Translations under genes and position numbers: made by a program
Source: Lysobacterales bacterium
Lineage (GTDB): Bacteria; Pseudomonadota; Gammaproteobacteria; Xanthomonadales; SZUA-5
DNA length: 57,271 nt
Assembly (NCBI GenBank): GCA_022844165.1
Contig: JALHMH010000030.1
Coordinates: forward strand, 1-57,271
Direction: 5' to 3'
In this document: positions 1 through 10,149 of the stretch, piece after piece
Layout of the letters: every line of letters begins with the position of its first letter
Numbering within the stretch: the stretch's first letter is position 1
Notes under the pieces: model-generated
Told to the model about the DNA's origin: nothing
Database searches by the model: none
The model's input: only the letters and a program-made list of their open reading frames with translations

Positions 1-253
1 ACCCGCAGCTTCAACAGCATCAGCACCTCAGTGCCCACACCATCTCTTCCGCCTTTCCAACCAACCCAACATCTCGTCAGGTGAGCCGCGCATCATAACT
101 GGGAAATGATGGCTGTCAACACCGTCTTGCGTTTTTTTTTGAGTTTTCACTCAAGGGCAGAGCATCTGGGTAGATCCAGCGTTGTATTGGAGGCCCACGA
201 TCGCACAGCGCATATGACAGCGACGCCAGTGGCGCGCCCGGGAACCGGCTCTC

Positions 254-727
254 TCAATGATGGCCGTGCTCGTGATCATGTGCCTCAGGCGAGTGAACCG
301 CGGAGGCACCGTCAGCAACGACAAAACGCACGACCTGCTGCTTTTCTTCGCACAATTTCAGTGCGACATTAATGGTATCGCCAGGGGCATAGGTTTTGTC
401 TGGACCTATCAGCATCAAGTGATTGCCGCCGGGAGTAAGGCTCTGGGATTGACCGACCTTCACTTCGATCATGTCGAGCTCGCGCATCTTCATCACCCCG
501 TTTTCGTCGACCGTCATACTGTGCAATTCGACGGCGTCGAATCCAGCAGCGCTGGCGCCCTGGATCAGGACGGATTGTTCGTGCGGGTTGTGGAATGTGG
601 CGTAGCCGGCCATCACTTTCGCGCCCGGCGGTGCGGTTCGGATCCAGGCGACCTGCACCGCCAGCTCACCACATGCATCAACTGGACTTGCCATTGTGAG
701 TACCAACATTGCTGCGACAGTTCTCAT
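254..727 (-). CDS. Periplasmic copper chaperone, PCu(A)C family
   Basis: Family motifs VELHSM...GVMKMRE and LTPGGNHLMLIG; hydrophobic N-terminus; His-rich tail HDHEHGHH. Start moved to ATG 727 because the longer ORF-track start overlaps the divergent gene. Confidence 0.88.
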   Translation of the reverse strand: MRTVAAMLVLTMASPVDACGELAVQVAWIRTAPPGAKVMAGYATFHNPHEQSVLIQGASAAGFDAVELHSMTVDENGVMKMRELDMIEVKVGQSQSLTPGGNHLMLIGPDKTYAPGDTINVALKLCEEKQQVVRFVVADGASAVHSPEAHDHEHGHH

Positions 728-794
728 CTTCGTTCTCTGGAGTAGATTGTTGGCAATGATATGGTGTCGACCATGCGTTTTTCGGAGATGAATC

Positions 795-1544
795 ATGCTG
801 ACCCAGATACGCCATGAAGATGTACTCGAATTGCGCCTCAGTCGACCACCAGTTAACGCATTGTCGCCGGAGCTGATCGCCACGCTACGAAAAGCCGTTG
901 ACGACGCCCCTGCGAATGCCGAGGCGTTGGTGATCAGCGCAGGCCCAGGGCTTTTCAGTGCTGGTCTTGATGTCCCGACACTGTTGACACTTGATCGCGA
1001 CGGCATGTCTCAGGTGTGGAGCGATTTTTTCGCGCTCTTGAGCGGCATCGCCGCCTCACCCATTCCAACCGTTGCAGCAATCACCGGGCATAGCCCAGCC
1101 GGCGGCACGGTAATCGCGCTCAACTGCGACTATCGCGTGATGGCCGAAGGTCCGTTCAAGCTCGGTTTGAACGAAACTCAAGTTGGATTGGCGCTGCCGC
1201 CTGCCATCCTGGGTTCGCTGCAACGTCTCATCGGTCGCCACGCGGCGGAACGACATATCGTCGCCGGCAACATGATCGATGCGGCACAAGCTAGAGCTGT
1301 TGGCCTGGTAGATGAATTGGTGGCACCGGAAAGCGTCATCGAACGCGCCGTGCAGTGGTGCCAATTCCACCTCTCATTGCCCCGCCGAGCAATGACACTC
1401 AATCGCGCAGCCGCCAGAGCCGACTTGGTTGCACTGTATTCTGGGAGCCAGGGGCACATTCACGAATTCGTCAACGGCTGGTTCCATCCCGAAACCCAGT
1501 CGGTGCTGAAGCAATTGGTCGCTCGCCTCAAGGCTCGCAGTTGA
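795..1544 (+). CDS. Enoyl-CoA hydratase/isomerase (crotonase) family, delta-isomerase-like
   Basis: RPPVNAL, FSAGLD, AAITGHSPAGG, CDYRVM, GLNETQVGL; RBS GGAG upstream. Confidence 0.9.
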   Translation: MLTQIRHEDVLELRLSRPPVNALSPELIATLRKAVDDAPANAEALVISAGPGLFSAGLDVPTLLTLDRDGMSQVWSDFFALLSGIAASPIPTVAAITGHSPAGGTVIALNCDYRVMAEGPFKLGLNETQVGLALPPAILGSLQRLIGRHAAERHIVAGNMIDAAQARAVGLVDELVAPESVIERAVQWCQFHLSLPRRAMTLNRAAARADLVALYSGSQGHIHEFVNGWFHPETQSVLKQLVARLKARS

Positions 1545-1671
1545 GTCGCCTGTGCGGCTTCGCCTCAGACCGCCGAACACACCACACCAGCGCAGGTGTT
1601 GGCAAACTTTAATTCCGCAAACGTCGCGCTTGGGTGTACCCTGTGTTAATTGAAGACTATCGGAGCCCGAT

Positions 1672-2145
1672 ATGCGATCACTGCTTGTTTTGACGCTCTT
1701 CGCCGCCTCGTCAGCCACAGCAGGCGTTACTGTTACTTTCGTCGCACCCGAGAAATTTACCGATGTGCGCGATCGCCAGTTCGCCTCGAAACCAGATAAG
1801 AACCCGCACTTGGCCGCCATTCGTCGGTACACCGAAAAGCGGGCGAAACGCTACCTCACTAAAGGCCAGTCGCTTGAGATCCGATTCCTTGATATCGATC
1901 TTGCTGGCGATCTGCGTCCTCAGTTCCATCCTGAGCTTGTCGACGTGCGCATCGTCAAGAGCATCTACCCACCGCGGATGACGTTCGAGTACGAACTTAA
2001 AGACGACGCTGGTGTGGTGATCAAGAATGAACGTGTCGAACTCAAGGACATTGGATTCGACATGAACCGCACGGGATTGGGAAACGACGCACTGCGCTTT
2101 GAGAAGCGCATGCTCGATCAATGGCTGCGGCACAATCTGCCTTGA
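1672..2145 (+). CDS. Exported protein, DUF3016-like
   Basis: Signal peptide; PEKFTDV, LEIRFLDIDLAGD, RIVKSIYPPRM and LRFEKRMLDQW match the family pattern as I recall it. Confidence 0.75.
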   Translation: MRSLLVLTLFAASSATAGVTVTFVAPEKFTDVRDRQFASKPDKNPHLAAIRRYTEKRAKRYLTKGQSLEIRFLDIDLAGDLRPQFHPELVDVRIVKSIYPPRMTFEYELKDDAGVVIKNERVELKDIGFDMNRTGLGNDALRFEKRMLDQWLRHNLP

Positions 2146-2335
2146 CGCCGGTCGGCGCGGCCGTTCGCTGCACACTTCCGCGTCTTTGATACAACAAGCA
2201 ACGTTGCTCATCCGTACAGTTGCATCGGTTTGCCTGTCGCTCAACGCAGCGTGACTGCTTGCCTGAACTTGGCAGTAGTCGACAACGGTCAACGCAGGTA
2301 GCCTGTGTGCCTTGTCCGTTGATTCGAGCCGACCG

Positions 2336-3121
2336 GTGAGTTCACCTCCAAACGCACCACCGAAGATTGCGTTCGTCGCGAGCAAAGCGGAACCGGCACA
2401 GGCTGCGCTCAACTCGCTGCTTGCTCGGTATCCATCGGTACCGGTCAAAGAGGCGGATGTTATTGTCGCGCTTGGCGGCGACGGATTTATGCTCCAGTCA
2501 CTGCATCGGCATGCCGCCGAACGCAAAACACCGGTGTTTGGAATGAAGCTCGGAACGGTGGGGTTCCTGATGAACCTGTACCGGGAGGATGGTTTGCTGG
2601 CGCGCCTCGCCGTCGCCCAAAAGGCCGTACTCAATCCGCTGAGAATGCGTGCAATCGGCGAATCGGGCGGCGTGCATACGGCACATGCCATCAACGAAGT
2701 CTCGCTGCTGCGCCAAACCAAACAGGCCGCAAAACTGCGCATTTGGATTGATGGAATATCGCGCGTCGAAGAGTTGATCTGCGACGGGGCGTTGTTGGCC
2801 ACCGCTGCAGGCAGTACTGCCTACAATCTTTCGGCCTATGGCCCGATCTTACCGCTCGGCTCGGACGTGTTGGCATTGACACCAATTAGTCCATTCCGCC
2901 CCCGACGCTGGAGGGGCGCTGTGGTCAAGCGCACCGCGGTAGTGAAGTTCGAAGTATTGGATCACTACAAGCGCCCGGTTAGTGCCACCGCCGACGCCAC
3001 TGAGGTCCGCGATGTCGTCGAGGTCGAAGTGGCCGAGGCGCCAGAAGAAGCACTGACGGTACTTTTCGATCCGGAGCACAGTTTGGAAGAGCGGATTCTT
3101 GCCGAACAGTTTGCGATGTAG
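2336..3121 (+). CDS. nadK: NAD kinase
   Basis: ALGGDG motif, [32 protein letters not shown]. Start is GTG 2336 or TTG 2312. Confidence 0.93.
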   Translation: MSSPPNAPPKIAFVASKAEPAQAALNSLLARYPSVPVKEADVIVALGGDGFMLQSLHRHAAERKTPVFGMKLGTVGFLMNLYREDGLLARLAVAQKAVLNPLRMRAIGESGGVHTAHAINEVSLLRQTKQAAKLRIWIDGISRVEELICDGALLATAAGSTAYNLSAYGPILPLGSDVLALTPISPFRPRRWRGAVVKRTAVVKFEVLDHYKRPVSATADATEVRDVVEVEVAEAPEEALTVLFDPEHSLEERILAEQFAM

Positions 3122-3437
3122 GCCCAGGGCGCTCAGTCACTTCGAGTGAGCAACATCCTGGTGCTGTTGTCTCCGGTGATTAACACGCGCCCGTTTTCGA
3201 CGTAGTAGCGTCCAAGATCAACTGTCTGCGGCATTCCATTGTCATTGCCGAGGTTTTGTCTCGACCACACGATATCGCTCGCGGCACCGCCGTCGCCAGC
3301 GCTGCTGGCAATCACGCATCGAACCCGGTACCCGTTCCGTCACGCTCGAAGCTGGTCTCAACCGCATCGCCATAGGTTTCGGCCGAAGTACGGAGCACCG
3401 AAACCACAACCAAGAATCGCACCTGTCCCCCAGCCGT

Positions 3438-4754
3438 TCAACGCCAGAAAACGATGCGCCAGGGTTCGACGGGCCGTTGCTCGTCAGGATCTTGCGGGCG
3501 AGCGACGCTGATCACATGGCGACCATGCGGCAATTTACGGACATCGATCATCACTTGATAACCGCGCAGCCCCCGTTGATCAGCTCCCAGGTCGAAGCCT
3601 GCGGAAATGGGCTCATGATTTAACGTCAACTTGTACACACGCTCGGCGCAATCCAGCAGTTCGCTGGTGTAACGAGCTTCTTGCTCACTGGCTATCGGAG
3701 CATCCTTGTCGAGTATTGGCTTCGCGAGCGCCGGACAAGCCCGAGCGATGTCGTCGCTGTTAGCCGACTCAATATGCGGTATGAAAAGATCCAGATACGG
3801 CCCAAGTACGAGTGGATCGGGAATACTGGGTACCGGCCGCAATTGCGCCTGGTCCGCGGATCGACTCCGATAGTGCGCCGAGTCCAGCTGCCGGTCGCGC
3901 CCATCCAGCGGCAACAGCGACTCTCCCGGCATCGCCAGACGTCCGGTGTGAAGCGACAATTCGACTAATACCCACGCCAGCAGCGTATAGACGACACCGA
4001 TAAAAACGATGTTGCTCTTCACCGTGCCAAGACGACTGGAAATCGTCTGCATCAAATAACCAGTGATCCAGCCTGACGATATCAGTGCGTTAGCATAGTA
4101 GAACGCTCGCATGATTCTTGCTGTTTGGCTGTTCGGTGCAAGGCGCGAACCCCAATAGCGGTCAACAAGGCCAACCAGCATGATAGGCCCAAGCAGAATG
4201 CTGAATATCGTAAGAACAACCCAAGGCGGCGCCGAAACCCCGGTGATCGCGTGGGAAACGCTGTCGATGACCAGCATCGAAACCGAACTGAACACGGTAA
4301 TCGCGATCGACAACGTGGCGATCAGGATGCCTAACGCAAACACAAAACTAGCGTAGTTGTCTGCACGCTCGATCGCGTCGCCGGGCGCCGGAATCGTACT
4401 GCGTAGGTAATCGCGAAACACCGGCCTTCGCTTGAGCTTATCGAAGTCGATCCCTTGCGGGTACACCGAATACAAACCTAACATCGCGACCCAGATCGCG
4501 CGCAACGCGAGATGCAAACCGAAGGTGAGGATCAACGCATACGCGACCACCTTCGCGTACAAAAACAGAATCGAGGATGCGACCAGAGACGAGCCGCCTG
4601 CACGAGGTGTCCATTCGAAGTACATCTGGTCGATTGCAGCCGGCGCCTGGGTCGTCGCAAACACCAGAGCACCAGAAAGCAAGAGTTCGACTTCCCAGGT
4701 TGGTGTTGTGTTCTTGGGCAGAACAACCGGTTCTTCGCGATCGGAGGGACTCAT
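3438..4754 (-). CDS. Hypothetical polytopic membrane protein (about 5-6 TM helices plus C-terminal soluble domain)
   Basis: 438-aa ORF with several hydrophobic segments; N-terminal PTWEVELLLSG and HLALRAIWVAMLGL blocks; function unknown. Confidence 0.75.
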   Translation of the reverse strand: MSPSDREEPVVLPKNTTPTWEVELLLSGALVFATTQAPAAIDQMYFEWTPRAGGSSLVASSILFLYAKVVAYALILTFGLHLALRAIWVAMLGLYSVYPQGIDFDKLKRRPVFRDYLRSTIPAPGDAIERADNYASFVFALGILIATLSIAITVFSSVSMLVIDSVSHAITGVSAPPWVVLTIFSILLGPIMLVGLVDRYWGSRLAPNSQTARIMRAFYYANALISSGWITGYLMQTISSRLGTVKSNIVFIGVVYTLLAWVLVELSLHTGRLAMPGESLLPLDGRDRQLDSAHYRSRSADQAQLRPVPSIPDPLVLGPYLDLFIPHIESANSDDIARACPALAKPILDKDAPIASEQEARYTSELLDCAERVYKLTLNHEPISAGFDLGADQRGLRGYQVMIDVRKLPHGRHVISVARPQDPDEQRPVEPWRIVFWR

Positions 4755-5013
4755 GGGTTTCGGACCCTTATGGTGGCCCCAACGGCAGCGTATCGCCCTC
4801 GTGGGACATGCATCTAAGACACAAAAATGCGCCTTCTTGCTCCAGGGCAGAGTTGCAAATCCCCGCCATACACTATGGCTACGGTTTGAAACGCTGCCCT
4901 GACCAAAAATCAGACGGCCCTACACGTCTCGTCAAGCGCAAAACACCACCACATTTGTCAGCGGCTCGCCGAAGGACGGCCGTTGGGCTCCAATGCGGTT
5001 GGAATGCGACGGC

Positions 5014-6897
5014 TCAATCCAGGTCGAGGAAGCTTCGCAGTTGCTCGCTGCGGGAAGGATGACGCAGCTTGCGCAGGGCTTTAGCTTCAATCTGCCGGAT
5101 GCGCTCGCGCGTCACATCGAACTGTTTGCCGACTTCTTCCAGCGTGTGGTCGGTGTTGAGATCGATGCCGAATCGCATGCGCAGGACCTTTGCTTCGCGC
5201 GGCGTCAGACCTGACAGCACATCTTTGACCGTCTCCGACAACCCCAGGTTCGTCGCTTCTTCGACCGGCGAGACGATGGAAATATCTTCTATAAAATCGC
5301 CCAGGTGCGAGTCTTCGTCATCGCCAATCGGGGTCTCCATTGAGATCGGCTCTTTGGCGATTTTGAGGACCTTGCGAATCTTGTCCTCTGGCATGTCCAT
5401 CTTGACCGCCAACTCTTCTGGTGTGGGCTCGCGGCCCATCTCCTGAAGCATTTGACGGCTGATGCGATTGAGCTTGTTGATCGTCTCGATCATGTGCACG
5501 GGGATGCGAATGGTGCGCGCCTGATCGGCAATGGAGCGTGTAATCGCCTGACGAATCCACCAGGTGGCGTAGGTCGAGAACTTATACCCACGGCGATACT
5601 CGAACTTGTCAACTGCCTTCATCAGGCCGATGTTGCCTTCTTGAATCAGGTCAAGGAACTGCAGGCCACGATTCGTATACTTTTTGGCAATCGAGATGAC
5701 GAGACGCAAGTTGGCCTCGACCATTTCTTTTTTCGCTTTGCGCGCTTTGGCTTCGCCGATGGCCACCGCGCGATTAATTTCTTTGATCTCGCCACTCGAC
5801 AAGTTCAGCGAGCTCTCCAGCGAAATGCGCTTTGCTTGTTCCGTCAATACATTGTCGCGAACCGACTTCAGTCCCGCTGTCCATTTCTGCTTGACAACGA
5901 GCTGGTCATCGATCCAGGTAAGATTGGTTTCGTTACCGACAAAGCTGCGCACGAAATGGGCCTGCGGCATCTTGGCGCGATGCACGCAAAGATCGCGAAT
6001 AGCACGCTCGTGCTGCCGAATCGTCGCCACCACTTCGCGCAGCTTGCGCGTGAAGCTCTCGATGATCGACTGCGGCAGTTTCAGCTTCAAAAACTCCGCG
6101 CCCATCTCTTCGCGCACAACCAGCGTGTTTTGATGGTGCGGACCGTGTTTGCCGTGCGCCGTCTGAAAGCGCGCGTACATCTCGCGCAGCAGCGTCATGC
6201 GCCGGGCAACTTCCTCCGGATCGGGGCCGGTCTCCGGCGTCGTCGCTTCTTCATCGCTCTCGCCATCACCGGCAACGGGGGGCGTGTCAATGACCTCTTC
6301 GTCGAGCTCAGCATCCTCGTCCAGAACTTCTTCGCCGATTTCTTCGTCGCTGGATTGCTCCATATCGGCAAAACCGATGACGATCTCCGCCAGTCGCTTA
6401 CCACCTTCGAGATGCACATCGTAGTCGTCGAGAAGAATCTGCACCGACCAGGGAAAACTGGCCAGCGCATGTTGCACTTGAACCAATCCCTCTTCGATGC
6501 GTTTGGCGATCGCAATCTCGCCCTCTCGGGTCAAGAGTTCTACGGTACCCATCTCGCGCATGTACATGCGCACGGGATCGGTCGTTCGGCCAACATCGCC
6601 GTCGAGCGCCTGCAATGCGGCGACCGCTTCTTCGGTGGTGTCTTCCTCGGGCGCCGGCGCCGGCGTCTCAGGTACGATCAACGTCTCAGTGTCGGGCGCA
6701 GTCTCATGCACCTCGATACCCATGTCATTGATCATGTTGATGATGTCTTCGATCTGCTCCGGATCGACGATGTCGTCGGGAAGAATATCGTTGACTTCGG
6801 AATAGGTCAGGAAGCCCTGTTCCTTGCCCTTGGTGATCAGCTGCTTTAATTGCGACTGCTGATCGGCAGGCGGTGTAATCTGCTCCGGGTTTTCCAT
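5014..6897 (-). CDS. rpoD: RNA polymerase primary sigma factor RpoD (sigma70)
   Basis: Region 1.1, [58 protein letters not shown], region 4 [20 protein letters not shown]. Confidence 0.99.
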   Translation of the reverse strand: MENPEQITPPADQQSQLKQLITKGKEQGFLTYSEVNDILPDDIVDPEQIEDIINMINDMGIEVHETAPDTETLIVPETPAPAPEEDTTEEAVAALQALDGDVGRTTDPVRMYMREMGTVELLTREGEIAIAKRIEEGLVQVQHALASFPWSVQILLDDYDVHLEGGKRLAEIVIGFADMEQSSDEEIGEEVLDEDAELDEEVIDTPPVAGDGESDEEATTPETGPDPEEVARRMTLLREMYARFQTAHGKHGPHHQNTLVVREEMGAEFLKLKLPQSIIESFTRKLREVVATIRQHERAIRDLCVHRAKMPQAHFVRSFVGNETNLTWIDDQLVVKQKWTAGLKSVRDNVLTEQAKRISLESSLNLSSGEIKEINRAVAIGEAKARKAKKEMVEANLRLVISIAKKYTNRGLQFLDLIQEGNIGLMKAVDKFEYRRGYKFSTYATWWIRQAITRSIADQARTIRIPVHMIETINKLNRISRQMLQEMGREPTPEELAVKMDMPEDKIRKVLKIAKEPISMETPIGDDEDSHLGDFIEDISIVSPVEEATNLGLSETVKDVLSGLTPREAKVLRMRFGIDLNTDHTLEEVGKQFDVTRERIRQIEAKALRKLRHPSRSEQLRSFLDLD

Positions 6898-6929
6898 GCG
6901 CGGGACCTAGGCCTTCATCTTTGATCGAC

Positions 6930-7028
6930 CACATTGCGGCGCGAAGGCGCAATCGCAATGTGAGTTCGGCGGGTAATGTTCCAAGCGGTTCGGGAGCATT
7001 CAGGCTTGGATAAGAACCGAGCAGTATA
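6930..7028 (-). promoter_or_regulatory. Structured rpoD leader with candidate -10 box
   Basis: 9-bp inverted repeat CACATTGCG/CGCAATGTG (6930-6962) enclosing GCGC-GAAG-GCGC; second stem TCCAAGC/GCTTGGA (6980-7010); TATACT on the minus strand at 7023-7028; no convincing -35. Confidence 0.4.
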
Positions 7029-7080
7029 ACCAAAGACGCGGAATCCGCCTGAAGAATTTCTTAACGGATGCTCAAATTTG

Positions 7081-7097
7081 GCGAGGCAATGCCTCGC
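7081..7097 (-). terminator. Hairpin downstream of the isoaspartyl peptidase gene
   Basis: GCGAGGC-AAT-GCCTCGC; no clear U tract. Confidence 0.3.
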
Positions 7098-7133
7098 TCG
7101 ATGGAGGCAAGCGCTTGGAAATTTCGCGACCTG

Positions 7134-8135
7134 CTAAGGAAAAATCGCTATGACGCGTTTCCCTCGCCCGTCGATCGCCGCCCGATACATGCCGCTGGTA
7201 TTGAACGGCATGCGCACACGGCCATCGGCACCAAGCGCGATCACGCCACCGTTGCCGCCCAACTCGGGGACCTTCTTGAGCACCACTTCATCGGCAGCAT
7301 TTGCGACACTGAACTTGCCGTAGGCGACGCGCGCACAGATATCGGCGGCAACGTTCAGACGGATGAAAAACTCACCCCAGCCGGTCGCAGATACGGCGCA
7401 ATTACGATCGGCGAAAGTGCCCGCGCCGATGATCGGCACATCGCCAACGCGGCCGTAGCGCTTCATCATCATGCCGCCGGTTGAGGTGGCTGCCGCCAGC
7501 TCGCCTTTGGCATCCAGCGCCACTGCCCCCACGGTGCCAAAGTAGTTGACCGCAGGAAGCATGGCACGAGGGCCTTCGGCTTGCGCTTTCGCACGCAGGT
7601 ACTGTTGCCAACGATCTTCGGTCTTGAAGTACTCGGGAGGCGCGAATTCAAGTTTCAGCTCAGCCGCGAACGCCTCGGCGCCGCCACCAATCAGCATCAC
7701 ATGCGGACTGCGCTCCATCACGCCCCGAGCCAGCAATATCGGGTTCTTGATACGAGTGACACCGGCCACAGCGCCAGCCCGCCGCGTCGCGCCATCCATG
7801 ATGGCTGCGTCCAACTCATTGCGGCCGTCGGCGGTAAAAACCGCGCCCCTGCCTGCATTGAAATGCGGCGAATCCTCAAGCAGAACAACTACGCGCGTCA
7901 CCGCGTCGAGCGCAGTGCCGCCCTCTTCCAGTATGGCGTAACCGGCATCCAGTGCTTTCGCCAGGTCGGCGCGAATCTCCGTCTCGCGAGCCTCACTTAT
8001 TTCGCTCTTCGATATCGTCCCCGCACCACCGTGAATGGCGATCGCGATCGGCGGATCGGCGTTGGTGCCGGAACTACCGCTAAAGAGCAGTGCGATGAAT
8101 ATCGCATTTCGGAGAAGTCGATCGAATTCAAGCAT
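7134..8135 (-). CDS. iaaA: Isoaspartyl peptidase / plant-type L-asparaginase (Ntn hydrolase), probably exported
   Basis: IAIHGGAG, LEDSPHFNAGRG, ELDAAIMDG, nucleophile motif GTVGAVA, ATSTGG, GRVGDVP, SATGWGE; signal-peptide-like N-terminus. Confidence 0.93.
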   Translation of the reverse strand: MLEFDRLLRNAIFIALLFSGSSGTNADPPIAIAIHGGAGTISKSEISEARETEIRADLAKALDAGYAILEEGGTALDAVTRVVVLLEDSPHFNAGRGAVFTADGRNELDAAIMDGATRRAGAVAGVTRIKNPILLARGVMERSPHVMLIGGGAEAFAAELKLEFAPPEYFKTEDRWQQYLRAKAQAEGPRAMLPAVNYFGTVGAVALDAKGELAAATSTGGMMMKRYGRVGDVPIIGAGTFADRNCAVSATGWGEFFIRLNVAADICARVAYGKFSVANAADEVVLKKVPELGGNGGVIALGADGRVRMPFNTSGMYRAAIDGRGKRVIAIFP

Positions 8136-8784
8136 TGGAGTTCACCAGCCGTCGAAGCCCATCGCGTAGCTTGCAAAAACTTGGAGAGTTGTTGCGGTCG
8201 ACGTCAAGCAAGGGGCCCAGTTTTCGGGCCCAGTCGAACTTGACCTGGCCAGGCAAGGGCCATCCTGCTTTCTTGACCGCCGCTGACCCGCCAGGATAGA
8301 TGGCATCCGCCAGGATCTCCCAAGTACCGCAGACACTGTCCTGAACATAGCGATTGAGAATCTCAGCTTTTGCTCGTGGATAGGCCCGCGTCAAGGCGTC
8401 ACGATCTCCAAAGTACCATGCTTCCATTTCTTCGATGGCCAGTCGAAAAAGCGTCCGGTCGCCGGCATCTACGGCATTGGCCACCTGTGTCAATTGCTGC
8501 AAGAACTCGACGCAGTTTCGGCGATCGGAGTCGAGAACAACCATCACGGCATCGATCGACGGCGTCTTCCTGAATCCCCTGAGCAATCTCGGAAGCTGGT
8601 CGAGCAAAATGCGGCCGGCGGCGTCTTGCCCAGACTTCAGGCCTTTGGGAATTCTGCCAATGCCCTTGTAGGCATGTAGTCTCCAGAAGTGCGTTTGGCC
8701 CGATTCGCCGATCAACTTTGGAATGAGCGATTCAAGCAGCGCCTTCCCGGACTGGTCCTCTACAAGGATCTCGATGTGCATCAT
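8128..8784 (-). CDS. DUF4276-like (TOPRIM-related) protein, partner of the upstream ATPase
   Basis: N-terminal ILVED, central VVLDSD, AIEEMEAWYFGD, C-terminal NNSPSF; ATGA overlap with the ATPase stop. Confidence 0.8.
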   Translation of the reverse strand: MMHIEILVEDQSGKALLESLIPKLIGESGQTHFWRLHAYKGIGRIPKGLKSGQDAAGRILLDQLPRLLRGFRKTPSIDAVMVVLDSDRRNCVEFLQQLTQVANAVDAGDRTLFRLAIEEMEAWYFGDRDALTRAYPRAKAEILNRYVQDSVCGTWEILADAIYPGGSAAVKKAGWPLPGQVKFDWARKLGPLLDVDRNNSPSFCKLRDGLRRLVNSNA

Positions 8785-10010
8785 AACCTCGCGTCGAGAT
8801 AGTCACTGTACCAAAGCCCGCCAAGCGGGAGGCCTTCGCCGACTAAATTTCGGACCTCCTCCAATTCGGATACGCGCCGAATGGTCGAGTATCCATCCGG
8901 CCCTTTTTCAAGAATCCACACTTCTTCTGGCGAAAGCGCATCAACGAAGTACGGCTGGTGGGTCGTCACGAAGATCTGTGGCGCATTCCTCCTGCCCGTC
9001 GCATGGGATCTGAATTCCTGCGCCAGCGACTCCAGGAGTTTGTGATAAAGACCATTTTCCGGCTCTTCGATACAGACGAAAGGCGGGGGATCCGGATCCT
9101 CAAGCAGCAACAGGTAGGCAAACACCTTGAGCGTGCCGTCCGACATTTGCTGAGAAAAGAAAGGGTCGGCAAACGCCCCATCATTGAATCTCAAGAGCAC
9201 TCGCTTATCGGATGTGACTTCGGTATCGATCTTGGTCACGCCTGGGATCTTGTCGGCGATCCGCTCTAGAATTCGATGGAAGCGTTCTTTGTGTTCGCGC
9301 TCCATGAACTGAACGACATTTCCGATGTTGTCGCCATGCGCATTCAAGTGTCGCTGTGGTCCGGCACTGGGCAAGCCACGAGCTGCGTCTGGATAGAAGT
9401 ACGACAGATACCACCCTTTCAAGAAGTCCCGAAACTTCTTGATTCGCGGGTGTTCCTTGAGAGTACCGAGTGTCGCGATTCCAAGACGGCGCGGATCGGT
9501 CAGTTCTACCGGCGCCTGAGTGCGCTCCTCCTCCGCAGCGCCCTCCACTGCCTCTTCGCCGGCCCAAACGCGGCCGACGCCACGTTCGAGTCGCAGAAAC
9601 GGAAATGGTCGACCGTACTTTTGCCCTTTGCGACGCTGCTTCAGCAACTCAGATTCGACGACAGGACGGCCGGAGTTGTCGGTACCGATAGAAAGTTCAT
9701 AGGTAATAGGACGTTCGTTTTGGGCTTCGCGGTAGTGAACCTCGAATCGGATCGGCTGATCGACGCCTCTAGATCGAAGCCGCTCGAATCCACCGCGCTG
9801 CTTCATATCACATGCCGTCTCTACATCCGTAGCGAGACAGTCGGCCACGAAACCAAACGCATCGAACAAGGAACTCTTACCGACGCCATTCTTTCCGATA
9901 ACAACAGTGAACGGCGTCAAAGGTTGAGCGCCCTGTCCCGACAGTTTCCCCAGCGTCACATCTCGAAGTGCACGGAAGTTCTGCACTCGAAAGCCCTCAA
10001 TCATCGCCAT
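8781..10010 (-). CDS. ABC-type (AAA_21/AAA_15-like) ATPase
   Basis: VQNFRAL, Walker A GKNGVGKS, signature MSDGT, Walker B CIEEPENGL, H-loop VTTH; no TM segments. Confidence 0.9.
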   Translation of the reverse strand: MAMIEGFRVQNFRALRDVTLGKLSGQGAQPLTPFTVVIGKNGVGKSSLFDAFGFVADCLATDVETACDMKQRGGFERLRSRGVDQPIRFEVHYREAQNERPITYELSIGTDNSGRPVVESELLKQRRKGQKYGRPFPFLRLERGVGRVWAGEEAVEGAAEEERTQAPVELTDPRRLGIATLGTLKEHPRIKKFRDFLKGWYLSYFYPDAARGLPSAGPQRHLNAHGDNIGNVVQFMEREHKERFHRILERIADKIPGVTKIDTEVTSDKRVLLRFNDGAFADPFFSQQMSDGTLKVFAYLLLLEDPDPPPFVCIEEPENGLYHKLLESLAQEFRSHATGRRNAPQIFVTTHQPYFVDALSPEEVWILEKGPDGYSTIRRVSELEEVRNLVGEGLPLGGLWYSDYLDARL

Positions 10011-10149
10011 TTCTTGCTCCCGGCACCAACGGCCTTGGCATTGACGAAACTGTCGTTATGTCCGACAGACCGAATCTATTCGAAGGCCGCATACTGCTCA
10101 ATAGCGCGAAACCGCGAGGCAACGCCAAAATCCCCTAAGTTTGACTGAT

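Noticed and set aside
3133-3422. Two short minus-strand ORFs (36 and 60 aa) joined by a GTGA overlap
   Set aside because: Possibly a frameshifted remnant, but no recognisable family; insufficient support.
7134-8135. Cyanophycin pathway link between iaaA and the CphA-like gene
   Set aside because: They are about 47 kb apart, IaaA appears exported, and no cyanophycinase is in the window.
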